A stretch of 64,000 nucleotides of DNA, from contig CAJINV010000001.1 of the NCBI GenBank assembly GCA_905178155.1, forward strand, positions 7,547,506 to 7,611,505, in the 5' to 3' direction. This stretch comes from Amoebophrya sp. A120 (Eukaryota > Protista > Dinoflagellata). Both the position numbers and the translations under genes were made by a program. Below, one piece after another: positions 1-11,577 of this stretch (position 1 is the stretch's first letter; the number at the start of each line of letters is the position of its first letter). Below the pieces are notes generated by a model that made no database searches, was not told where the DNA came from, and saw only the letters and a list, made by a program, of their open reading frames with translations.

Positions 1-93
1 ATCACGCACTGACACTTTGTCGAGTTCCTTTTCCAGTGCCCCTGACGAGCCGTTCTCCGCGGACAGAATGTCGCATCTGTGCATCCGCCTTAT

Positions 94-224
94 GATCTGG
101 TCAGAAGAACAGAATATCGTTGAGATCAAGCGCAAGGAGACGATCTACAAATCCCAGGTTGAACCAATTCGAGATAGAAATTATCTGCAAGATACATCCG
201 TTCGATCCTCAGTCATTTCCCTCA
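94..224 (+). repeat. Diverged ~130-bp direct repeat, copy 1 (copy 2 at 2041-2180)
   Basis: GATCTGGTCAGAAGAA...GAGATCAAGCGCAAGGAGACGATCTACA...GATAGAAATTATC.GCAAGAT...TTCGATCCTCAGTC.TTTCCCTC is present at both loci. Confidence 0.9.
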
Positions 225-740
225 GTGATGTCCGGTCGCGGAAGCAGCTGCACCTAAATCTTTCGAAAAGGATCAATTTGACGGTCGTGTGACGGAGGCG
301 AAAGTGCCAAGTCATTGTCTTTGAGGTTCTGGTGGGGCCGTGCCGCTGCTGACGATACTTTCTGACGAGATCGATAATCCGACCTGATCCTCTTCCGTTT
401 TCGGTTTCCGAAGTTGACGAAAATGATCCAGAGTTTCTCCGTCGGTTCTGAAACACGTCGGTCCGATGACTTTCCGCATTGAAATGAATGGAAACCGATC
501 TTCGTCCTGAAGCAATGCGGAACGCATGAAAAATTTTCACTTTTCAGATGGATACCAGGCGTGGTTTAGATCTTGAAAACGAACACAAAAATAACGGACT
601 GTGCCCTTGGAGTTCAGCACTTTCCTGCCCAGCTTCATGCAATTGTTCTGCTTTTTTCCTGAATGCGAGTCTGTCTATCCCCTACTTAAAAATATGCTGC
701 GACCGATTTTGGTTTTTGATTTTGAAGTGGAACATTGAGT

Positions 741-1868
741 ATGCTCCTGAGAAGTGCTTTCCGGCGCAATTGGTTTGGCCACGAAAGAACAGGAATTCTT
801 GGGCGCCGGACTTCGTCATTTCCTCATCGACTACAACAAAGAGAACGCGCCTGCATAAGCCGGCCTCCTGCGGTACTACCAGCTCCAACATCAGTGGCGT
901 CACTCCATGATCGTGTAACTTCTCACTGCCACCACATACACTTTTTGTCGACATCCCGTAAGAGCCCCCCTGATACCACCCGTACCCTCGCGGAGCACGT
1001 GTCGGAAATAGACAGAAAGGAAATGGGCAGCCCTGAAGGGTACAACCACGATCATAATGCGCAGGAGTCTTTCGCGTCTTTTAAAGAGATCGCGAATCGG
1101 CGCCGGCACCAGAAGCACTTCGACCCGGAGAAAAAGGTGCCCGAGGCGTTGTTGGTCGACATCCTGCGGACGGCTCAGCGGGCGCCTAGCAGCTTCAACA
1201 CGCAGCCGTACAAGGTGATTCTCGTCCGCGATGCAGCCTTGAAAGAGGCGGTTGCGGCGCGCGCCATGTCCAACGAAAAGAATGCAGACGTTGTGCGCAA
1301 GGCGGACACCACGGCCGTTTTCCTGGCCGACTGCGAGATGATGGACGAGGTTCCGCGGGTGCAACAGCTGTTCTGCGACACGACGAATGCCCCCGAGGAT
1401 TACATAAGAGACGCCCTGCCGAGGGCGATCGGCGGCCTTTCCGTTGGGTACGCAGGCGGGTGGTTGAAAAAAACGATCATGTACACGATTCACAGCTGGG
1501 TCATGTGGGGCATGCGCACGTTCGGGGGAACAAACATTGACTTTTGTCCCGTGCCGGGCTGGGCGTACCGCCAGACGGGGTTCCTGGCGGACCACTTCGT
1601 ACTCGCGGCCACGTCGGCAGGGCTAGAGACGGCCGTCATGGAGGGGTTCAGCGGAATAAAGGCGATGGAGATCCTCGGCGTGCCGGCGGATAAGCGGACG
1701 AAGTACAGCTGCTTCTGCATGGTCTCCGTGGGATACCCAGATAACACAGAACCAAAGAGCAGAGGGTACACGAAATCAGCAAGGTTTCCATTTGAAGAAG
1801 TGTTTTCCCTAGACGGATTTGAGAAGCCTTTCGCTAGTAGTACCGCGGACGGAAAAAAAAACAAGTGA
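741..1868 (+). CDS. Nitroreductase-family FMN oxidoreductase with an Arg/Ser-rich N-terminal extension (possible organelle targeting)
   Basis: RRHQKHF, RAPSSFNTQPY, LAATSAGLETAVMEGF and VSVGYP motifs; first ATG at 741; intronless. Confidence 0.88.
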   Translation: MLLRSAFRRNWFGHERTGILGRRTSSFPHRLQQRERACISRPPAVLPAPTSVASLHDRVTSHCHHIHFLSTSRKSPPDTTRTLAEHVSEIDRKEMGSPEGYNHDHNAQESFASFKEIANRRRHQKHFDPEKKVPEALLVDILRTAQRAPSSFNTQPYKVILVRDAALKEAVAARAMSNEKNADVVRKADTTAVFLADCEMMDEVPRVQQLFCDTTNAPEDYIRDALPRAIGGLSVGYAGGWLKKTIMYTIHSWVMWGMRTFGGTNIDFCPVPGWAYRQTGFLADHFVLAATSAGLETAVMEGFSGIKAMEILGVPADKRTKYSCFCMVSVGYPDNTEPKSRGYTKSARFPFEEVFSLDGFEKPFASSTADGKKNK

Positions 1869-2040
1869 GCACGGGTCTGAAGTTGTCTGCCAGATGAAGA
1901 ACTCATATTTATGATCGGGGCGCACAAGAAATTGCCTCGCCGCAGTTCTTGCGCCGACAATCTGCTGTGCTGGATCTAGACACATGCATGTTCTTTCGGT
2001 CTCCCGCTCCACTTCCAGAAGGAAGAGGACCGTCGTCATC

Positions 2041-2180
2041 GATCTGGTCAGAAGAAAATATCTTCGAGATCAAGCGCAAGGAGACGATCTACATCAAAGC
2101 CGAGGTTGAGCAAATTCGGGATAGAAATTATCCGCAAGATCCACCAGTTTTTGTGTTTTCGATCCTCAGTCTTTTCCCTC
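2041..2180 (+). repeat. Diverged ~130-bp direct repeat, copy 2
   Basis: Aligns by eye to 94-224 with scattered substitutions and indels. Confidence 0.9.
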
Positions 2181-2533
2181 TGGACTTTTTGTTATAATAC
2201 GCTCCTAATCTCGTTGATCACGATCAATCCAGAGACAGGCCACGAGGAGCATGACAGTGTAAGTAGTACTGCGCGGCTAAAATTTGAAAAGCAGTGCAAG
2301 GCAGGACAAGTAAGTTGAAGTTTAGAAAGAGCACACTGAATGCAAAAGTAGAAGAGAAAGATAAATTTAGAAGATTCGTACAACACAAGACTTCCGCTAT
2401 GAATATGAAGTTTTATTTTAACCAGCACTTTCGCCACTAATTGTTACCCTGTTCTTGTTGAGTTGCACCAGCTACTCGCGCGTACTTGTGCTTCCTCGTA
2501 ACGGTACATGTATACGGCGTCCAAACAAAAAGA

Positions 2534-4291
2534 ATGTCCAAGTCGCCCATGCAAATGACCGCAAAAGAAGGCGGCGCAATGGGTGCCGGTTTCATCGCGA
2601 TCGCACTTGTGTACCTGGTTTCCAGTAGTACCTTCCTTCCGACCTTTTCTTACATGAAGCACGAGCTGAAGTTTCGACACCAGGCCCTCCTGATTACCTG
2701 TTTCTTCTTGTTTCAAGCGATCTGCCTGCCGGTCGGGTTGGCCATAAAATTCGTTTCATGGGGGTGGGCCAGGTGCAAAGGGACGAAGCGGGATGCCGCA
2801 CAGAAGAGTGGAGAACACACGGGAGACAGATCATATGATTCGACTGATGAGGAAGATCAACATGTCGGACCGGAACAGAATGATTGCGCAAAAGAGAAAA
2901 GTCAGAGCCGTCGCGGCGCCATCCATCGTCGTGAAGAGATGAAGTCATCTGGGGATCTTGGTGAAGATGACCCAGGATTTGCAGACTTGGAGGACCCGAG
3001 CACAGCGACTGGAGTTGGGAAAGGAGAAGAAGATGCGCTCGTGATAGCAAAAACGCAGGAGCGGTATCAAGCGCGACTAGCTCTAGGTTTTGGAAACGCA
3101 TCATATGGTAACACCGTAGACGACGAAGAGGCGGAGCGCCAGCAGCTTTTGCGGGATGAGGAGAAAATCCCTGACGCCAAGGTGGAAGCTGAATATCCGG
3201 TGAAAGCGACGGCGTACCTGATTGTAGTCGGCATAATGGAAGTAGTGAATAAGGTGTGTCAAGCCTACGCGACGGACCACTTGGGGTCCAGCTACGTGAT
3301 GCTGTTGGCAGCAACCAAGCTCATCTTCGTCGCTTTGCAACGTGCTGCGATGCTGAAGGAGCCTTGGCCACTAAAGATTCAGCTGCTTGGCATGGGCATC
3401 GTCTTGATCGGGTGCGCAATGAGCGAAACAAGCGTCATCCTAGACAACCACTTCTTCCCAGAAGACCAGCCGCAACTACAGGATCCACACAGAGCGGTCG
3501 CTGGGCAAGTGAACATCCGGCCGGTGACGCAGCGGGTGCGTAACAGTGGGAACGAGGTTGGGGCAAGCGCGGGTGAGAATACTAATCATCTGCAGCAGCA
3601 ACCACCAGCAGCCCAGAACGATCCGAATCCTGTGCCGGCTCGTCGTGTAAAGAGTTTCGGAATCGGCATCGCGCTGGCGCTTGCTGCTCCGCTGGCGAGC
3701 TCGTTCGGCTTTGTGTTTCAGGAGTTGGCCGGGAGGGTGTCGCCGACCTACTCTTCGTTTCTGGGAACCGGCGTCCAGGGCATGACGTCATTTGCCCTCG
3801 CAGTAGGTGTCTACGCGGTTCTGATCCTGAAAAAGAAACAGCCGTCGTTTCCTTCTGCGCTGGAAGACATCGGACAATCGACAATGATGCAGGTCCTACT
3901 CGTGGTATTTTTCGTCCTCGTCCTCACGGGGGCGGTGACCGGACTCGTGGTGAGCAGAAAAAACGCGACAATCCGGGTACTGCTCGAGAACGTGCGACCT
4001 GTCCTAGTGTACTTTGTCGAGCCGCTCATCCTAGTGTCTGACAACCTCGGGCGGACGCGGTTCTGTGCGGATAGGTTCGAGGCCTGGATCTCGCCGACGG
4101 GGCACGTGCTAATCATTTTCGGCGTACTAGCATTCTTCCAGTGGTGGCCATTTCACGGGAGAAACGGAAAAGGAAGTGCGAATGGGATAGAATCAGATGC
4201 AGAAAAGGACGCGGAAGAGGATACTGAGCCACTGAGTCATTCGCTGGTGGCACAGAAAAGTCGAAGACAAGATATGCTTGGAGGCAGCTGA
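2534..4291 (+). CDS. Multi-pass DMT / nucleotide-sugar-transporter-like membrane protein (SLC35F-like)
   Basis: About 10 hydrophobic segments with two long hydrophilic loops; YVMLLAATKLIFVAL and ATIRVLLENVRPVLVY resemble SLC35/EamA repeats; first ATG at 2534. Confidence 0.65.
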   Translation: MSKSPMQMTAKEGGAMGAGFIAIALVYLVSSSTFLPTFSYMKHELKFRHQALLITCFFLFQAICLPVGLAIKFVSWGWARCKGTKRDAAQKSGEHTGDRSYDSTDEEDQHVGPEQNDCAKEKSQSRRGAIHRREEMKSSGDLGEDDPGFADLEDPSTATGVGKGEEDALVIAKTQERYQARLALGFGNASYGNTVDDEEAERQQLLRDEEKIPDAKVEAEYPVKATAYLIVVGIMEVVNKVCQAYATDHLGSSYVMLLAATKLIFVALQRAAMLKEPWPLKIQLLGMGIVLIGCAMSETSVILDNHFFPEDQPQLQDPHRAVAGQVNIRPVTQRVRNSGNEVGASAGENTNHLQQQPPAAQNDPNPVPARRVKSFGIGIALALAAPLASSFGFVFQELAGRVSPTYSSFLGTGVQGMTSFALAVGVYAVLILKKKQPSFPSALEDIGQSTMMQVLLVVFFVLVLTGAVTGLVVSRKNATIRVLLENVRPVLVYFVEPLILVSDNLGRTRFCADRFEAWISPTGHVLIIFGVLAFFQWWPFHGRNGKGSANGIESDAEKDAEEDTEPLSHSLVAQKSRRQDMLGGS

Positions 4292-5089
4292 GGAGAGTCT
4301 CAGTTTGCACTATCACCAGACGCTCACCGGAAGCGAAGGTAGTAGCAGAAGAGCGTCGATCAGATTGCGCTAGACCTGATCCCCTGATTCCGAATACCTG
4401 TTCGGCTGGGCGCGTTCCGTGGGCTTGGGACCTCCTTCACGACAGGCTCTTCATACGCCGTGCAAAGCATGCGCTCCACCGAAAATTCTTCCGCCCTTTC
4501 CACATAAAATCGCAAATCCCACGCTTTTTGCCTCAATGATTGGTTCTCTAATCCTAAGGATGCTTTCGAAGCAGCGACATTTTTTTGCCTACGAGGATAG
4601 ATTGCCGTTTTTGGGACAGAGGCACAATTTTCAAGGATATTTGGATGCGACGGGGTTTGTAGATGTTCATTTCATAGGTCTTATCATCCGCCAACCGTCA
4701 TGAGTACTCATGTGCCGCGTCAAGCCTGCTATTTCTTTTCGCGTTCTTGTCTTGAATTCTATAAATATTTCTGTGCAGAAGTCGGTGTACAAGTGCTTTT
4801 ACCTACTTACAACGTGACGTCTTTTCGGCTTTCTAGATGCTTCGATCCTGGTAGATTTTTGAAGATCACCAGAGTGATCTGGAGTTTCTTGATCCTGCTT
4901 TTGGATCATATGCTTTGGCTTTCGTTTTGCTTTGTCGTGGTAAGAATTTCGTGTGTGCTTTCTCGTCGTTTAACGACCTCTTCATATTCTTGTCTCTTCT
5001 ATTTGATCTCCATACGTCGGTGTAGCAAGACGGAAAATTGGCAAATACACACGATTGTGACCAGGCAAATCTCGAAACCCCATTCCAGG

Positions 5090-6088
5090 ATGCGCGCTGT
5101 TGCGATCGGAGTTGCCTCGCTCGCTGGGTTGACAGCAGCGGACTCAGTGTGGCCATCCTGCATTGAACAAAACACAGTAATTCGAAATGCAGGAAAGGCT
5201 TTTTTCACCAACGTGGCCGGTTACGGAGCAGCAGCAGGGTAGATGTCTTTGTTTGAGCTCGTATTTCATGCGTGCTTCGTAGTCTTGTCTTATCGCGATG
5301 AAAAGTAGACGTCGGTAGACCCAATACTTACTTGCATATGAATGCTTAGATCACACTATTAACACAGGTGCTTTCTCGACGACTGCAAAAATACGGACAA
5401 GTTCGCGGTGTCTTCAATCGAGTCTTGCATCAACGTGTGCAACTCCGAACCGGAGTGCGCCTGGTGGGTCTTCGGAACAGAAGAAGGTGCAGTGTTGTTT
5501 TGTGATTCTTGCATATGATAACATTAGTTGTACCAATCAAGGTCCAGAGACCACGAGGAATGGCCGCAGCGAAGTCGAAAAGGAAATTCGGACAGACTTT
5601 CACTACCATGATAAGTCGATCATTCATTGTGGCATCAGAAGTACTATTCTTTTCCGACATATCAGGTATGACGAAGTGCTGGATGCGAGTAGCGGATGAC
5701 GGCCGCGAGGCAGGAGACGGATGGTCCAGCGGTGCCAAGACCTGCGCGCCACCAGGTACAATATTTTTGGTGACGACGTCTTGGTTGAACCTATAGCGTG
5801 CTAGCTCCTATTGCTGTAATCTTTTTTACAGTGTGGCGCTTCATGATGACATCACGTAGCATGTTGCATCGGAGCTGTTTCAGGCCCCGGGGCAAACGTG
5901 ACAGCAAATCTTGACGAAATTTGAATACAGATGTGCAGAAGCTGACGATGGGAAACACCGAGTGCTGGATCGACGGGTTTGACTACCACACCTGCTGCGA
6001 CCCAAAGTTCGGACCCAACGGAAACACCCAGTGCTGGGATGGCATGTTCAACTACAACCGGTGCTGCTTCCCCCGACACGAACTGTAA
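5090..6088 (+). CDS. Secreted or ER-luminal Cys-rich protein with a PAN/Apple-like domain, CW..CC repeats and C-terminal RHEL; 4 exons
   Basis: GT-AG introns 5239-5367, 5487-5665 and 5756-5930 give an open frame: signal peptide MRAVAIGVASLAGLTAA, then SIESCINVCNSEPECAWWVF...KCWMR...WSSGAKTC, then CWIDGFDYHTCCDPKFGPNGNTQCWDGMFNYNRCCFPRHEL*. Confidence 0.8.
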
Positions 6089-6794
6089 AGACGTGAATCT
6101 TGCAAGTCTGGCGCGCTGCGCCGTGTTTTGAATGCATTATTACAAAATTACACACATTACAAACCAGGCGGCGAGTCGTACATAGGACAAAGTATCTATA
6201 AAATGCACCATCCGTTGTATGCGCGCACCAGCCATTTAGTAAACTTCAATTCTGTCAGATAACAGCCTTGAGCTTCCTTTTGATGTGCATTAACGAACCC
6301 TTGTTACGCATGGTACAATCCGTATTGCAATGAAGATCATGGTTTTGAGCTGCACTGGCTATTCACCAAGTCGTGGCTTCTCTGGTTTGTCCACGATACC
6401 AGGAAACTACCTGGGCAAAGTACGTATAAGGAGGCTTTAGCTAGTACCTCAAGTCTTCCGGTCGCGTCTCGGAAGAAGCTTAGATGAGGCCACTCTGTAT
6501 TGAGAAACCAAATCTAGAACGCAGGTCGTTATAGACACAGCGTTAAGTACGCAGTAATACGAATGCATTTGTTTTCTACGCAGAGCTGTTTCTTCGGATG
6601 CAAAGTCAAAAGTGTTCGCGATAGGAGACCTCCGTAAACTTGTTGACCGTTCCCGAAAATTCAAAGTGGCACCAACTACCGTTCGTATACGCTTGTACCG
6701 TCCTTGTAGAGACTGCATTTCGAGTCCGTTCACATTTCTTCGTAAGTCCGTTCCCCCTCAATTTCAAAACGTCCGTGGTTGAGCCCTGTAGATG

Positions 6795-6879
6795 ATTTTG
6801 CTGTACGTCCCTGTTGAATTTTGCTCTACGTCCCCGTTGAATTTTGCTGTACGTTCCCGTTGAATTTTGCTGTGCGTCC
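6795..6879. repeat. 23-bp tandem repeat (~3.7 copies) upstream of alpha-tubulin
   Basis: ATTTTGCT(G/C)TACGT(C/T)CC(T/C)GTTGA at 6795, 6818 and 6841, partial at 6864. Confidence 0.9.
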
Positions 6880-6896
6880 ATTGTCGACTCTGAAGG

Positions 6897-6940
6897 TATA
6901 AAATGCTCAACACGATTCTTTCTCTCTCTCTCTCTCTCTC
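6897..6940 (+). promoter_or_regulatory. Candidate core promoter / 5' leader: TATAAA followed by a (CT)n tract
   Basis: TATAAA at 6897 and a CT dinucleotide run at about 6920-6940, 120-165 nt before the tubulin ATG; function is inferred. Confidence 0.35.
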
Positions 6941-7060
6941 AAATTCCATTTCACCAAAAAACCGTAGGGCAGATTCTGTAGGAGGCATTCGTTCGGTCGA
7001 AGTCTTTTACAACTCCAGTTCTTTTTATTTTCTCTCTCTCGAGGCACCAACTCCAACAAA

Positions 7061-8640
<1,580 letters not shown>

Positions 8641-9426
8641 ATCTAGAACGCCTCACGAACTGTTGGTATTGATTCACAGCAGAGCTTTGTGACCTGGTGT
8701 CATAACGTTCTCTGCCACTACACTGCTTTTGAAGTGAGCTTTTCCTTCTGATCGTTTAGTCGAAAGGCCACATGGACGTTCAAAACAACTTCGACTTTGA
8801 CTTTGTAGAGTGAAACAGTACTACAACTTCTTCTTTAGACGCAGATTTCCTGTTGCCTCTGCATCTAGTCATAGATGTAGCAGGTTCACAACTCGATTTG
8901 TGCGTGCAGCTGCCGCTCCTTCGGTGGAGCGTCGGTTGCGAAAATGGTAATTTGAATCCCACAGACTTTGCGTGGAGCTGCAGTTGTGTTTCAAACGCAA
9001 GCCACTGCTTCTTCGAAAACACAAAGGACGTTGATTGTTGCCATTGACCACTTAAAATCTGAGACCAAATGTGCCTCAGCGAAAAAGATCAAAACACAAA
9101 AGCCGTCGCAGTACTGACGCAATGAAAGCCTTGATGCATTGATACACATACGTGCTGTCTTGTTCTTCAGCAGTTGGATTTGATGCTGAGCCCGTAGGAT
9201 TTTGGATATGAGTTTCAAGATTGAGGAGATGTGAAAGTAATGCAGTGAGTGTGACGTGCGTGCAACGAGAGAAAGTGCAAAGTGGGTTCCTGACCAGAGT
9301 TGCCTCTTGCGTGACATTGCATCTGTGTCTGTAAAACTAGCATGCCTTTTCTCATTAATTTTGACCCCAACAACTGCGTATCCGTAGGGAAATTTTTCGT
9401 AAGAAAAACCACCAAACATTCTCAAA

Positions 9427-9510
9427 ATGGCCAAGATGATGATGTCCATGAAGGCGGCTGCCAAGCCGATGAAGAAGATGTCCAAGATGATGGCCATGAA
9501 GAAGAAGTAA
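9427..9510 (+). CDS. 27-aa Met/Lys-rich micro-ORF MAKMMMSMKAAAKPMKKMSKMMAMKKK (DVNP-tail-like; may be the first exon of a spliced gene)
   Basis: A/C-rich leader CAAAATGG as in tubulin; all Lys codons are AAG and both Ser codons TCC; a GTAAGT donor-like site overlaps the stop at 9507. Confidence 0.55.
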   Translation: MAKMMMSMKAAAKPMKKMSKMMAMKKK

Positions 9511-10235
9511 GTGCAGTCGTTGTCTTTGGCGACGCGCACAGGTCAATGGTACCGTCAGGGTTGTCAGAAAGGCGCTCGCGTGGTGTGGTGTCTATCCACG
9601 AACGCTTGTAGCTAATGCCTTTCATCAGTAAGTGAGAAAGAAATCCATACGTAGGTACGTTCTACGGACGGTCAGTTTGTCACGATTGACTTCTGAGAGG
9701 CGTCGCGGCGTGCTTCGCCTATCGTCTTCGAGCTACTGTGCAGGCTTCTTTTCTGAGATTCCATGCAGTGTTCCAGACACAGATATTGATCGGCGACCGA
9801 GTATGGTAATGAGTGCAAAGGATGAATATGCACACCAGGAAGATCTTGAGTTGTGAACTGCAGTAGGCGTTCGCTCCGCGTTCGTATAATGCGCCGGGGC
9901 GGATAATCATAGTTCGATAAATGTCGAAGAAGTCGTGTTTGAATTTTAGAAAGCGCCCAGATCAATCGCTTTCGTCTGTGTCGCGCGTGTCGTTGGGGGG
10001 CATCAGCGCGTCGAAGCAGCCAGCTGTGGATTCTAACAACTCGGTTTCGTGTCGTCTGTGTTGGGGCTCGATGATTCACTGATGAAAGGTGCTTGTGATC
10101 AGTGCCAACGAAGGATCAGGATCGATCACCTCTTTACGAAGCTTACACTTCAACCTCAGCGTTCTATGGAGCTTTACAAGTTACTCATTCACGTAGACAC
10201 ATGCAACTTTAGTTGACTTATTCATTTTCAGGCAC

Positions 10236-10979
10236 ATGATGGTTCGATTGGAAGAGCTTTTACGAGATGCGAACGAGACTCTCGTGCAGTCCGACTACGG
10301 CTACCAAAATAATACCTCATTCCCTTTTCTTCCTCTTACGCGAGTCGCGAGGACGTTTCCGCTGACAACCTCATTTTCTGAAACACCCGAGGACGACGGA
10401 CCAACGGGAGAAGAAATGCTGCCTTGCTGCGCGAAAAACAAATGTGATGAAAACGGCATCTCGTGGAGGTGCAGTCGTAAAACGGCTTCAACCGTAGATC
10501 TGCTCCGCTCTCAGCTAGGGAGAGGTGACAAGGCCAGTGACAGTGGTGCGCTGCCGGACACAGATCCCGAGGAGCTGGGCTTCACGGATCACAAGTTCTG
10601 GAAACTATTCGTCTACGGAGGCTTTGTGGGTGTCGTCGCAGGATTTTGTCTGCGCCAGGCTGCGCAAACAGCCCGCGTCCTCGAGCATCTCCGCAGCAAA
10701 ACAAGTGGACGCATGACACGCAAGGAACAAGAGGAGCTTGCAAAAGCAATGGCGTCCAGCTCTTCGTCCGGCAGATCGGCCCCGGACTTGACATCGGACG
10801 TGTCGATGCCTTCGTACAGCGATGACGACGATCCTATTGGCGGGAAGCAGGGCAAGCAGAATCGAAGTAACAGCGGTGCCGGAAAGCCTGGAAAAAAGAA
10901 AGGTGGCAAGAAGAAAGGTAAAGGAAAGAAAGGGAAAAGCCCCAAGGGGCGGAGTAAGAGCAAGGGGAAAACTAGGTAA
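10236..10979 (+). CDS. Hypothetical single-TM protein with a Lys/Gly-rich basic C-terminus (probably the last exon; 5' end unresolved)
   Basis: 247-aa ORF, TM segment LFVYGGFVGVVAGFCL, tail GKKKGGKKKGKGKKGK; TTTTCAG acceptor just upstream. Confidence 0.6.
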   Translation: MMVRLEELLRDANETLVQSDYGYQNNTSFPFLPLTRVARTFPLTTSFSETPEDDGPTGEEMLPCCAKNKCDENGISWRCSRKTASTVDLLRSQLGRGDKASDSGALPDTDPEELGFTDHKFWKLFVYGGFVGVVAGFCLRQAAQTARVLEHLRSKTSGRMTRKEQEELAKAMASSSSSGRSAPDLTSDVSMPSYSDDDDPIGGKQGKQNRSNSGAGKPGKKKGGKKKGKGKKGKSPKGRSKSKGKTR

Positions 10980-11577
10980 AATTGCTCAGAAGCTGAGGAA
11001 GAAATTGCACCACGTCTGTTACCACAACTTCAGGATAAAGATCTCCACATGTGCATGCAGCCAGGTGCATTCGTCCAGTTCGCGAAAAAGAATGTATATC
11101 GTACTTGGGTGTGTGGTTTTCGTCGTCTTTCCGTGTCGTCCATTGTGTCTTCACATCGTGCGCTGGGTCATTCCAGTCATACAGGCGAGACTGATTCGTT
11201 CGTTTTGGTTGGTTCTTTGTCGTGCTCTTCCTGCAGTATTGGAAACATCTTCTTGATTTTACACACAGGATCCCCCTCGCCGCTGTATCTATCCTCAATG
11301 TTCTAGTAACAAAGAGAGAATGTTGTTGAAATGTATTGCCTACTTGCAGTTCTCTGCATGTGCATCACTAGGCCTTTCACGGCTCGTAGGAAGAAAAGTA
11401 GTTCGTCTCAGGTAGACACGGGTGGCGCAGCGTCGGAGTCTGATTCCTAAGGGGTTCATAACATGCAGTGCTGGCTTCACTTTTACAAATCCCACATTTT
11501 GCATCGATCTCCATTCGTATAAGATACTTATTCCGCAAGCCAAAGAAAGAGGTACGCGGCTTTGAAATAGCAACAGC

